From Thermodesulfobacteriota bacterium (lineage in GTDB: Bacteria; Desulfobacterota; Desulfobacteria; Desulfobacterales; UBA11574): DNA of 64,000 nucleotides. The notes under the pieces are model-generated. The model was given only the letters and a program-made list of their open reading frames with translations. It was not told the origin of the DNA and did not search any database. The first letter of the stretch is position 1; each line of letters begins with the position of its first letter. Positions 1 to 9,251 of the stretch are shown in pieces. The stretch spans positions 3,154-67,153 of the forward strand of contig JBHPCZ010000003.1 of assembly GCA_042573625.1 (NCBI GenBank). The letters are read 5' to 3'. The position numbers were made by a program, and so were the translations under genes.

Positions 1-289
1 TTTCTTCAGGTGTGGCAGCATCAAAGGAAGCATTGTAAAACGTGAAAAAATGAAGCTCATCAGGATTGATTCGACCGGTCTTGCTTGATCCAATTAAGAT
101 GGCATCATGATTAAAAAAGATAATTTGATTTTTAATATCTCTATCAAGTGAATGAAAAAGACCAATTCTATTGTTTCCCATTCTGTTATACGGATCAATC
201 ATATAGTTTATGGTTGCCACCGAAAACAATAAACTGACGGCAACTATTAAAGACGTATTAAGATAAATTTTATAACTACATTTTAACAT
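1..289 (-). CDS. hypothetical membrane-anchored protein, 3' end outside the window (possible DltD/AlgJ-like partner of the MBOAT gene)
   Basis: Absent from the ORF track because it runs off the window. ATG at 287-289 (minus), frame open to position 1. Translation MLKCSYKIYLNTSLIVAVSLLFSVATINYMIDPYNRMGNN... has an N-terminal hydrophobic anchor. It starts 8 nt after the MBOAT stop on the same strand. The function is a positional guess. Confidence 0.4.
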   Translation of the reverse strand, partial: MLKCSYKIYLNTSLIVAVSLLFSVATINYMIDPYNRMGNNRIGLFHSLDRDIKNQIIFFNHDAILIGSSKTGRINPDELHFFTFYNASFDAATPEE

Positions 290-297
290 AATATCTC

Positions 298-1845
298 TCA
301 AAATTGAAAGTACAGGAATTCACTGGCTTTGCTCAAAGAAAGGATCGATGCCACCATAATTATAATGATTGTTGCTGCCCAATGATAGGCGGGTTGCCAT
401 TGTAACCATTTGTAACTACATGGTTTAATATCACTTCTATAGGTATCAATCGCTGGGGAATATTGCCCCATGATCTGGTGCGTGTTGGGTGCAAACCAGA
501 CTATCAGAAACAGTATAAACAAAAAAACAGCCTCGTTGCTTCCCTTGAAATAGATCAGGTCACGAAACGGCACTCCCCATTCTGAAAGTTTGGGAGCAAA
601 CAAGCTAAATTTGCTCAGATATTTTCTAGGCAAAGCAAAACCATTGATTCCTATCATCGATTTTAATATGCTCGATGCCCCACTAAAAGTTTCCGCCCGA
701 AAGAACACCCAGGCTACCGTTACGGAGAGAAAGGTCAATAATCGAGAAAAGTGGATTTTAAACATTCTGTTTTTGAAATCGTAATCGAATATTTTAAATA
801 GTGCCTGCCAGGCGTAATTGACAATTAAATATAAACCATGCAAAGCGCCCCAAGCCACAAAAGTCCAGGCTGCTCCGTGCCATAAACCACCGAGCAGCAT
901 TGTAACCATTAGATTAATGTAGCGGCGAGATTGGCCTTTGCGGTTACCTCCTAATGGAATATAAAGATAATGTAAAAGAAACCTGGATAGCGTCATATGC
1001 CAGCGCCGCCAAAAATCAATAATGTTGACGGCTTGGTACGGCGAATGAAAATTCAGGGGGATTTGTATACCAAATAAGAATGCCAACCCTATAGCCATAT
1101 CTGAATAGCCTGAAAAGTCAAAATATATCTGAAATGTATAGGCCAAAACACCTTCCCAGGCCTCTAAAAATGTAAGCAGGCAATGCTGTTCCGCTGCTTT
1201 AAATACTGGTGCGGCATATACAGACAGATTGTCTGCTATTAAAGCTTTCTTAGCCAAACCTATAAAAAATATTGTCAACCCGATAGCCAAATTGCCTGTT
1301 TTAACGCGACAAATTTCCCTATCAGAGAATTGGGGCAGCATTTCTTTGTGATTGACAATGGGCCCGGCAATGAGTTGGGGGAAAAAGCTAACAAACAAAC
1401 AATACTGTAAAAAATTGTATTCGCATGTCTCGCCTCGATATGTATCAACTATATATGCGATTTGCTGAAAGGTGAAAAAAGAAATGGCCAAGGGTAGAAC
1501 AATGGGAGAAAGATGAATTTTGTTATCTATAAACCAAACAAAATTGTCCATAAAAAAGTTGGCATATTTAAAGTACCCTAGCAAGCCAAGATTGGCCGTT
1601 ACACCAACGACCAATAGCCATCTGTCTGGTCTGCGCCTTAGTGTTGTCCCTACAGAATAATTAAATAAAATCGATGCCAATATGAGAACAAGGTACGGTG
1701 GATTCCACCATGCATAAAAAAAGAGTGATGCACAAACCATCCACCCTACGGAGCTTAAATAATTTCCCTTCAGACCAATCAAATAGAACACAAAAATTGT
1801 TATGGGAATAAACAGAAAAATAAATACATAAGAGTTAAATAGCAT
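298..1845 (-). CDS. MBOAT-family membrane-bound O-acyltransferase (AlgI/DltB-like)
   Basis: 515-aa polytopic protein. N-terminus MLFNSYVFIFLF..., conserved FWRRWHMTLSRFL histidine motif and GGLWHGAAWTF are typical of AlgI/DltB MBOAT proteins. Confidence 0.9.
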   Translation of the reverse strand: MLFNSYVFIFLFIPITIFVFYLIGLKGNYLSSVGWMVCASLFFYAWWNPPYLVLILASILFNYSVGTTLRRRPDRWLLVVGVTANLGLLGYFKYANFFMDNFVWFIDNKIHLSPIVLPLAISFFTFQQIAYIVDTYRGETCEYNFLQYCLFVSFFPQLIAGPIVNHKEMLPQFSDREICRVKTGNLAIGLTIFFIGLAKKALIADNLSVYAAPVFKAAEQHCLLTFLEAWEGVLAYTFQIYFDFSGYSDMAIGLAFLFGIQIPLNFHSPYQAVNIIDFWRRWHMTLSRFLLHYLYIPLGGNRKGQSRRYINLMVTMLLGGLWHGAAWTFVAWGALHGLYLIVNYAWQALFKIFDYDFKNRMFKIHFSRLLTFLSVTVAWVFFRAETFSGASSILKSMIGINGFALPRKYLSKFSLFAPKLSEWGVPFRDLIYFKGSNEAVFLFILFLIVWFAPNTHQIMGQYSPAIDTYRSDIKPCSYKWLQWQPAYHWAATIIIIMVASILSLSKASEFLYFQF

Positions 1846-2045
1846 TGGAGGTTAATACTCTTCTACCATTGATGCTTTAGGTGTGATTTTTAAAGTTTTC
1901 TTTGGGTCATATCTTCATCAAACGACTTTTATTATATTACAGGCCTGCTCTAATCTTGTTTTCGTTTTACTGTGGTTCTAAATTATCATATGCGGGTAAT
2001 AGCGAATATATCTTTCAACTTGTGCCTTTAACAATTTCAAACTAT

Positions 2046-3209
2046 TCAATCAACTTTCTTATTGACAATTTCGAATATCTTTTCCCCGATTTTAATACCT
2101 GTGTATGGACCGATGTGCCCAAGATCAAAAAAATCATTTCTTTGACTGTCATTAAAAATATCCGACAGATCATAAAAATCATCGTTATTTTTCATTCTTT
2201 CTCTAACCATTTCATAAAACTTTTTCATGAACTTAATTGTTCCTATGTTTGATTTGGTAATAAATTTTTGTTCAAACTCGGTAAGTTTGGCTTTGGTGAA
2301 AAGCATCGGCTGTAAAATAAAGAAAGGTTTAATATCAAACTCCTTACAAATGCCTCTGACCATCCTTGTATTCGATTCATATATATCCACGGCTTTGAGG
2401 AGATTTTCAGAATTATTCTTTATTAAATCTTGCCCAAACAGGATTTTTGTACTGAATTTGTAAGACAGGCGATCACGCCAATAATGAGATATTTTACCTA
2501 AGAGATTCGACAGAGAGTATATCAACAATTTTCCGTGGTAACCATTAACCAATGCCTCCATCTTTTTTGACAGATCTTCCTGCAAGCTTCCGGCCTCAAA
2601 TACAAAGGCAGTACCTGCATCGTTGAATCCGTCATAGAAAATAACACCATCGGGACGCTCTTTTTTATTAACCTTCCGTAGCAATTCCTGGAATTTTATA
2701 CTTTCCAGGGTCGATTGAAAAGCTCCCATTCCGAAGTTAACAACTGTTGCTTTGATTCCGCTCTTTTTTAAATTGACAGCCAATTGGTTTGCAATTGTTA
2801 ACTCGTCGATCGTTTCCGCATTTTGCATCGTTGAACCACCAAAGAGCCATATGGTTATATCTCCTTTGCCAATCGGATAACTGCCGGGCACATTTCTTGA
2901 AGCTGACACGTTGCTTCTTGAGGGATAATATGAAACATAATTTATTGTTTTAGAGGAAGATTGTCCTGGAGAAAAAATATAATAATCATAATAACCTGAT
3001 CGTCGTTTTCTACCTTGCCTTTTGACTTCTTGCCGATCAGAAAGAACCTGCTTAACCTGATCAAATTTTTCTTTATATAATATTTCCACATGTCTACCAC
3101 TTTCGTGTTTGTCTCTATATCTTGCATAAACTTCTAAACAGATTGCCAGTAAAAAAAGAGTGATCAAACATGGCAGAATATACTTTTTCAGGATGTTCTT
3201 AATTTTCAT
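2046..3209 (-). CDS. SGNH/GDSL-type hydrolase-acyltransferase accessory protein (DltD/AlgJ-like role inferred)
   Basis: N-terminal TM anchor followed by SGNH-like blocks: WLFGGSTMQN (block I), NFGMGAF (II), FYDGFNDA (III), FFDLGHIGP (V, DxxH). Lies directly upstream of the MBOAT gene on the same strand. Confidence 0.7.
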   Translation of the reverse strand: MKIKNILKKYILPCLITLFLLAICLEVYARYRDKHESGRHVEILYKEKFDQVKQVLSDRQEVKRQGRKRRSGYYDYYIFSPGQSSSKTINYVSYYPSRSNVSASRNVPGSYPIGKGDITIWLFGGSTMQNAETIDELTIANQLAVNLKKSGIKATVVNFGMGAFQSTLESIKFQELLRKVNKKERPDGVIFYDGFNDAGTAFVFEAGSLQEDLSKKMEALVNGYHGKLLIYSLSNLLGKISHYWRDRLSYKFSTKILFGQDLIKNNSENLLKAVDIYESNTRMVRGICKEFDIKPFFILQPMLFTKAKLTEFEQKFITKSNIGTIKFMKKFYEMVRERMKNNDDFYDLSDIFNDSQRNDFFDLGHIGPYTGIKIGEKIFEIVNKKVD

Positions 3210-3288
3210 ATCGATTTCCCACTGTAGTTAATTTAGAGGAAGATATTCATCAATGGACACAAACATTTACTGCAAAATCCAGGACAGA

Positions 3289-4041
3289 CTAAGCTTTTGC
3301 TGTTTTGGTCAATTCTAAAATAGCGCATCCATAATCGCATGAATAATTGTTTTCAATTTCCTTCGTATCTAAAATTACATTTTTAAACAAATCTCCTTCA
3401 TCATCGACATAAGAAAAAGAATCTATTCTGTATCGCTTTTCAATTATCCCGATGAGATATTTGACAGAAAAAACTCGATGTGCATTAAATTCTATCCTCT
3501 GCCGACCAATAGGGGCAGAGAAATAAAACTTCCCTCCATCTTTTAACATTTTATAAATGTTATCCAGACCTTTTATATGGCCATTATAATCCAGTTCGTC
3601 GCCATATCTTCCAAGGCCAAAATGTTCTATCGCATGCAGTGAAGAAATTGAATCACAATACTGTCTCAAACCGAACTCAGGATTCATAAGATCGGCCTGC
3701 CGAAATATGATGTTATGAATTGTGTTACTTAATGGTCGCACATCAAAAACCTCGATTTCCCTGAAAGAGGCAACATGAGCTGCAAAACCATCGATTCTAG
3801 ATCCAACATCAACATGTTTTTCTGGATTATTGACAAATATTCTGTTTGCGACAAGCAGGTCTTGATGAAAATAATGTCCATACGCCGAACCACTTGTATC
3901 GAATCGATCATCCAAACATGGATAAAGCTTCCCAAATGGAAACTCGTTATGAAACTTCCTTGCTTGTCCCTTAAATTCAACATATTCCTTTAAAAAAAGA
4001 AAATACCGAATTAAACGCATTGCCCCTCTCTCCAAGACCAC
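3289..4041 (-). CDS. SAM-dependent methyltransferase (DUF268-like)
   Basis: 250 aa. VDVGSRIDGF glycine-rich motif and HAIEHFGLGRYGD...LKDGGKFYFSAPIG resemble the DUF268 class-I methyltransferase family. Confidence 0.65.
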   Translation of the reverse strand: MVLERGAMRLIRYFLFLKEYVEFKGQARKFHNEFPFGKLYPCLDDRFDTSGSAYGHYFHQDLLVANRIFVNNPEKHVDVGSRIDGFAAHVASFREIEVFDVRPLSNTIHNIIFRQADLMNPEFGLRQYCDSISSLHAIEHFGLGRYGDELDYNGHIKGLDNIYKMLKDGGKFYFSAPIGRQRIEFNAHRVFSVKYLIGIIEKRYRIDSFSYVDDEGDLFKNVILDTKEIENNYSCDYGCAILELTKTAKA

Positions 4042-4124
4042 GTTTCAACCAATCAAACTGTCTATAATGTCAAAACTTTCAGTCTCATTGTTTTATCTAA
4101 ACAACACAAGTATTCAAAATTTAA

Positions 4125-4733
4125 TTATTTTCTATGTGCCAGGATAATATCATCTTTCACTTCAACGATAAAATTGTGATATCTGCTCAATATTTGATCA
4201 TTTAATTCTTCTAACGTTGGATAGTCATTCTTTCCTGTAAAAAGTCTGGCATCATCAATAAGGATGACGGGGTCTTCAACTGAGTGTTTGGAGATATGGT
4301 TTATTTCTTCCTTTATCGGCGTCTCTTTTTCTCCTCTGGCGGTAATGCCCTCTGAATAGTGCGCATCAAACCAGAACAGGCAGGGTTCATCTATTTTATT
4401 AAGAATATGTGGCAATAGTTTTGAACTATCGCCATGAAGTATAGAAATGTGCTTATACTTTGAAAATTTATTGACCGCCTTCTCATACAATTCAGTGCTC
4501 AATTCGATGGAAATCACTTTATTGAAAACATCTTTTACCGCAAATACCATCTCTCCCAGGTAAGTCCCGGTTTCAATAAAAACAGGTGTCCCGTATCTGG
4601 CGGCATATTCTTTGACCACCATCTGTTTAACAATATGCGGCGCTGGAATCGGTTTGCCCGAGGACAACCATTTTTTATAATCTTTTCTGTGCTGGAAACC
4701 CCGAATAATATCTTTGATTTTTTGCTTCAACAT
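4125..4733 (-). CDS. class-I SAM-dependent methyltransferase (small, CmcI/TylF-like fold)
   Basis: 202 aa. VFIETGTYLGEMV (motif I-like), ISILHGDS, LFWFDAHY and ILIDDARLF are typical of small sugar O-methyltransferases found in polysaccharide loci. Confidence 0.6.
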   Translation of the reverse strand: MLKQKIKDIIRGFQHRKDYKKWLSSGKPIPAPHIVKQMVVKEYAARYGTPVFIETGTYLGEMVFAVKDVFNKVISIELSTELYEKAVNKFSKYKHISILHGDSSKLLPHILNKIDEPCLFWFDAHYSEGITARGEKETPIKEEINHISKHSVEDPVILIDDARLFTGKNDYPTLEELNDQILSRYHNFIVEVKDDIILAHRK

Positions 4734-4768
4734 GCGATTCTTTCATTCATAAAACGCCTATCTGATTG

Positions 4769-5148
4769 CTATGATATGTTGTCTAAAATATCCTGGCCGT
4801 CAAAGGTGACCATTTTGTTGATACAGACAACCCGTTTATTTCCAGAATAAGTTTGGCATAAGGCTCTGAATTTATCCTTATCCGCTTCAATCAAAACACC
4901 TGAACATCCTTTTTCCGATAAATGAAAATGGGTGTTGCTCAGATGCTTACCGTCCCATGCGCCAAACGCGACACACTATTCACAACGATGAGGCAAAATG
5001 GAAAATATTTTTCAATGATCCCGTCTTTTCCAAACTGTGAGAAAATATTCTTTGCGTATATATACAGCCAGTTGCCCGTATTATATTTATATTTGTTTGA
5101 TTCTAAATCTTGACTTTTCATAAGCCGGCCTCTTTTGCCCGCCATCAA
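4769..5148 (-). pseudogene. disrupted methyltransferase-like gene (frameshift, in-frame TAG, 3' truncation)
   Basis: On the minus strand, frame A reads ...GNWLYIYAKNIFSQFGKDGIIEKYF. After a frame change near 4990-5000 and a TAG at 4976-4978, frame B reads CVAFGAWDGKHLSNTHFHLSEKGCSGVLIEADKDKFRALCQTYSGNKRVVCINKMVTFDGQDILDNIS and stops at 4769-4771. The SQxGxDGIIEKxF ... FGAWDG ... LIEAD pattern recalls FkbM/class-I methyltransferases of glycan loci. Confidence 0.5.
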
Positions 5149-5335
5149 TTTGTTCCCGCCTTGATACCACCAGAATGGGATTAAGTCAAAGTTGCATTAA
5201 GCAAGTTCCAAAACACTTGACATCATGGATCATGCATGGCATTTTTGGCCGGTTTTATAATTTTCATCCTTCTGTTTAGAAAACACATATCTCCAAAACT
5301 GGAGAAACCAACTATGATAGGAGGTCAATCCAAAA

Positions 5336-6241
5336 TTGTCACCTAATGAATGCCCAAAAATATCGATTATCAGCTTCTGTTTGAATAGCGGACAATTCTT
5401 AAGAGACACTGTCGAATCTGTGCTGAACCAGTCATACACAAATTTTGAACATATTATCATAGATGGGGGCTCAACCGACGACACGATTAAAATATTAAAA
5501 GATTACCCACATCTGAGATGGATATCGGAAAAAGAAGAAGGCGATAATACCATATTAGATGCTATATGGAAGGGTGTTAACATGGCCAGAGGAGAATACC
5601 TTGGTCTTTTGGCTATTTCCGATGGTATTTATGACAAGGATTGGTTTAAAAGATCCGTTGAAGTTCTTGATACGGATAATCAGCTATCTGCCGTATGGGG
5701 CCTTAGTCAGGTTATTTCGGAAGAAGGGCATCTTGGAAAGGTTTTTTTCCCGGAATATCTCGAAAGCCATCCGCCACAAAAAATGGATTTTTTATCCCTA
5801 TGGCTCTCAAACGGACATGGATTGGAATGTAATGCTGTTTATCGTCGAAATGTTTTTGATATCTGTTTTCCCAAAAACCATCCAGACGAACCGTATAGAT
5901 TTCACCCCACTCTGGGATTTAACTACCAGCTTAATACCAGGGGCTATCTGCCTTATTTTATTCCAATAATCTCCTTTTGTGGCCGCACTCACAAAAGTCA
6001 AATACAGGAAGTGTTGTATGATTTGGTGGACTCAACAACCAAAAAATATGATAATGATGTTAAATTATATCGAAAAAAATTTCTATCTGGGAAAGTTAGT
6101 CATTGCTTCAGAGACGGCTCTTCGGAGATCATTAAAGAGATAACTCTGGATGAATTAAGTTACTATAAAAAGCAAGTTTGGAGATATCGTATAAAAGGTA
6201 AGATAAACAGGAATGTAAAAAAGCTGCTTGAGCACATATGA
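5336..6241 (+). CDS. glycosyltransferase family 2
   Basis: ISIISFCLNSGQFLRDTVESVLNQSYTNFEHIIIDGGSTDDT is a classical GT2 N-terminal signature. TTG start at 5336. It is the only plus-strand gene in the left 52 kb. Confidence 0.85.
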   Translation: MSPNECPKISIISFCLNSGQFLRDTVESVLNQSYTNFEHIIIDGGSTDDTIKILKDYPHLRWISEKEEGDNTILDAIWKGVNMARGEYLGLLAISDGIYDKDWFKRSVEVLDTDNQLSAVWGLSQVISEEGHLGKVFFPEYLESHPPQKMDFLSLWLSNGHGLECNAVYRRNVFDICFPKNHPDEPYRFHPTLGFNYQLNTRGYLPYFIPIISFCGRTHKSQIQEVLYDLVDSTTKKYDNDVKLYRKKFLSGKVSHCFRDGSSEIIKEITLDELSYYKKQVWRYRIKGKINRNVKKLLEHI

Positions 6242-6319
6242 CAATTATATGCTTTTAGTTTTTAAGTCCCAGTTCGAGGATTTAGGTATATTAAAATCCT
6301 AAAACAATCAGTTACACTG

Positions 6320-7339
6320 TCAAATATCCAGATCAAACTGATACAGCGACAGATCAAAATGTGCTAAGCGTTGTTCTATTTCCTTAAGCACCTCATCATT
6401 GAAGTGTTCACGCCATTTGCCGGTACGGCTATCACGGATGTGTCTATGGGTGGGATCTTGATCGTCGCTCAGGCTGCGACCCATTTTACCTTCAATATTT
6501 TTCATTGAATCACGGCTGGCGAGCTGCAGAGCTTCATTAAAATATGTGCCGCTTTCCAGAGTGTCCGGATCATGCCCGAAGTATTTGAGCATCTTCCCAA
6601 AATGATCTTTAGGATTCCGCATTAGGGCTTCATAGGTTAACATAAAAATGTTGTCAGGAAATAGTGACTTAATGGCGTAAAAGGTGAAAAACTGTTTGAT
6701 GTAAGCATCAAGACCTGCAGCCAAAAAGTAGTCCTTGACAGAGGAGGAGGAAAAGGAAAATTCGTTGCCAAGAGCGTCAGTATAGTATTTAATATTGCGT
6801 TGATTTTGAGTATGGTGAAAAAATGAGACCGCCTGATCCAGTGGATTTCGGTAAATGTACACAATCCGACTCTGAGGATTATGGGATGGATCGACCATAA
6901 CTTCGTTGCTCTTGATAAGTCCGCCACCAATATCGAAGCCTGACTTCTCACCTCCCCAATCATTCAGGGCTTTCCAAGGTTTAAGATGCTTGCCTTTATA
7001 GCTATTAAAGGCCGGGCAATTGAAGTGTGTTAGAGTAAACGCATCAATACCTATTGTAGCTCCATAATCGTTAATTGAATTCGTTGGAAATGAGTTGGTT
7101 AAAATTTCTTCGACAATCTCTTTGCTATTTCGGCCGAGCAGCAACTGATCGTAAAAGTGAAAGAAGTATTTATTGTACACAGTTCCAGAGCGAGGCATGG
7201 TGCTTACTACTCCCACGCGGGCTCTTGGATGGATTTTCCTTTTCCTGAATTTCCCTGATATTAAAAAGCGCAATTTATAGATTATACTTCGAATCATGCT
7301 CAATTCCTTTACATTTCTTTTTAGTTTTGTTCGCTTCAT
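6320..7339 (-). CDS. PAPS-dependent sulfotransferase-domain protein
   Basis: MPRSGTVYNKYF matches the 5'-phosphosulfate-binding loop (PxxGT). IVYIYRNPLDQAVSFF matches the 3'-phosphate-binding RNPxDxxVS motif of sulfotransferases. The start may be the internal M15. Confidence 0.8.
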   Translation of the reverse strand: MKRTKLKRNVKELSMIRSIIYKLRFLISGKFRKRKIHPRARVGVVSTMPRSGTVYNKYFFHFYDQLLLGRNSKEIVEEILTNSFPTNSINDYGATIGIDAFTLTHFNCPAFNSYKGKHLKPWKALNDWGGEKSGFDIGGGLIKSNEVMVDPSHNPQSRIVYIYRNPLDQAVSFFHHTQNQRNIKYYTDALGNEFSFSSSSVKDYFLAAGLDAYIKQFFTFYAIKSLFPDNIFMLTYEALMRNPKDHFGKMLKYFGHDPDTLESGTYFNEALQLASRDSMKNIEGKMGRSLSDDQDPTHRHIRDSRTGKWREHFNDEVLKEIEQRLAHFDLSLYQFDLDI

Positions 7340-7344
7340 TCATA

Positions 7345-8079
7345 TCATAAAGCCAACCTGAAAAAAAAATCTTCAGCTGATGCATAGGATTCAGGTGTTC
7401 CAATATCGATAAATACGCCCTTACTTTGGAATCCATACAAGCCGTTGCCAACCAGACTCGGAAAAAAGTCCCGTTCCAGAGAAAAAGGCTTATCCAAAGG
7501 AATAGATTCAAAAAGGTCTCTATTGAAAATGTAAACTCCTGCATTGATCCATCCCGGACCACGGCTTGTACTTTTTTCATCAAATTTTACAATTTGTCCT
7601 TGCTTGTCAATCTCAACGCTTCCATATCGGCTGGTGTCTGAAACGTAAGTTAAAAGGAGGGATGCCTGTAAATCTTTATCAAAATACCAGTCAAGATAAT
7701 CTGACAGATTGCAATTTACATACGAGTCTCCATTGGTGACAAATACCGAATCGGTGGCGGCTAGCGGCAATCCAAAACGTAATGAACCGCCGGTACCAAG
7801 GGGTTCGTGTTCCTGAGAATACCGGATAATAATTTCACGATATTTGTCACCAAAAGCCTCTCTGATCTGTTTTCCTTTGTATCCGACACACAAAATCACA
7901 TGGCGGAACCCTGTTGAAATTAATTGATCTAGAAGATAAGAGAGGAAGGGGCGGCCTGCAACCGGAGCAAGTACTTTAGGCCGGTCAGGCAAAGCGTGTT
8001 GTAAGCGGGTGCCCAAACCGCCGGATAGTATCAAAGCAGTGAATTTTTTATCCAGGTTATGTGGAATAGAATATGACAT
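7345..8079 (-). CDS. hddC: sugar-1-phosphate nucleotidyltransferase, D-glycero-alpha-D-manno-heptose-1-phosphate guanylyltransferase-like
   Basis: ALILSGGLGTRL (GxGTR nucleotide-binding loop). ~240-aa size. Overlaps the upstream GHMP kinase gene, the usual HddA/HddC pairing. Confidence 0.7.
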   Translation of the reverse strand: MSYSIPHNLDKKFTALILSGGLGTRLQHALPDRPKVLAPVAGRPFLSYLLDQLISTGFRHVILCVGYKGKQIREAFGDKYREIIIRYSQEHEPLGTGGSLRFGLPLAATDSVFVTNGDSYVNCNLSDYLDWYFDKDLQASLLLTYVSDTSRYGSVEIDKQGQIVKFDEKSTSRGPGWINAGVYIFNRDLFESIPLDKPFSLERDFFPSLVGNGLYGFQSKGVFIDIGTPESYASAEDFFFRLAL

Positions 8080-9043
8080 GGGAGCCTATGTTTTCAAAAC
8101 GAAATGGCACATTTAATAGTCCTTTTAAACGTTTTTTTACTTTATCCTGTCTTCCTGGCGAGACATATAGTAAAATAAAACCGCCACCACCTGCTCCGCA
8201 AAGCTTTCCTCCCAGAGCACCTGCATTCATTGCTTCATCATAAATTCCATCAATTTCTTTTGTTGATATTTTTTCCGTTAGTCCTTTTTTCTGCATCCAT
8301 GATTCATGTAAGAGCCGCCCAAAATCATCCAAATTCTCATCCCTGCTATTTAATATTGACAGCGCTTCATCAACCCTTGTGTACATCTCTCCCAATTCTT
8401 TACTTATTTGAGGAGTTTTTCTTATTTGTTCTTTTGCGATATCTGAACCGATTCGAGATAAACCTGTAAAATATAGTAAAAACCGGGATTGTAATTCATC
8501 AAGCTTTTCAGAATTCAAAGTTACAGGCGTTACCCACAATTTTCTGGTGGTATCAAATTCAATTTTATTAAATCCACCAAATGCTGCTGCTACCTGATCT
8601 TGTGATCCAACATTTTCCTTTATCATTTCTTGTTCAACATGGATCGCGTCATATGCAAGCTGGCGTTTGGTTACCATCATTCCCTGTAAAGCATATAAAG
8701 CGTGAAGAAAGCCGACTGTGAATGCTGAACTTGAACCAATCCCTGATCGAGCAGGAATGTCACCGGTATGGGCCATTTCAATGTTTTTTTCAATATTCAA
8801 ATAGCGAAGGCACTCTCGAACAGAAGGGTGTTTCACATCATCAAGAAAATTTGTTGTTTCAAATTTTGAATACCGTATATGATATTTGAAGTCAAAAAAG
8901 GGTGGTAGTTCCCTACAGTTAATATAACAGTATTTATTTATAGTTGTACTAAGAACTGCTCCTCCATACTCATTGTAATATTTAGGATAATCTGTCCCCC
9001 CTCCAAAAAAAGAAATTCTATATGGTGTTCTTGTAATTATCAT
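8057..9043 (-). CDS. hddA: GHMP-family sugar kinase, D-glycero-alpha-D-manno-heptose-7-phosphate kinase-like
   Basis: N-terminus MIITRTPYRISFFGGGTDYP, GHMP motif DIPARSGIGSSSAF and C-terminal GGKLCGAGGGGF. Paired with the nucleotidyltransferase. Confidence 0.7.
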   Translation of the reverse strand: MIITRTPYRISFFGGGTDYPKYYNEYGGAVLSTTINKYCYINCRELPPFFDFKYHIRYSKFETTNFLDDVKHPSVRECLRYLNIEKNIEMAHTGDIPARSGIGSSSAFTVGFLHALYALQGMMVTKRQLAYDAIHVEQEMIKENVGSQDQVAAAFGGFNKIEFDTTRKLWVTPVTLNSEKLDELQSRFLLYFTGLSRIGSDIAKEQIRKTPQISKELGEMYTRVDEALSILNSRDENLDDFGRLLHESWMQKKGLTEKISTKEIDGIYDEAMNAGALGGKLCGAGGGGFILLYVSPGRQDKVKKRLKGLLNVPFRFENIGSHVIFYST

Positions 9044-9251
9044 TTACTAATTCCCCCAATCGAAAGTTGCCTTGAAAGATTTTTTTCCTTTGATTAAATA
9101 TTATTCTTATTAAAACAATCATCCCCTTGATCAACATAATAATCAACCTAGGGTTAAATGCTGCATCTTTTAACTTTCCCAAAATAATCCTTGGACGAAA
9201 ATAGAAAGATCGTAAAATAGTTAACAACAAAAATATTGGAATCGCGATCTA

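Noticed and set aside
9018-9230. 70-aa minus-strand ORF between the DegT-family gene and hddA
   Set aside because: It is AT-rich and Ile/Leu/Lys-rich, overlaps the hddA start by 26 nt, and has no motif. It is more likely untranslated spacer, though a small membrane peptide cannot be excluded.
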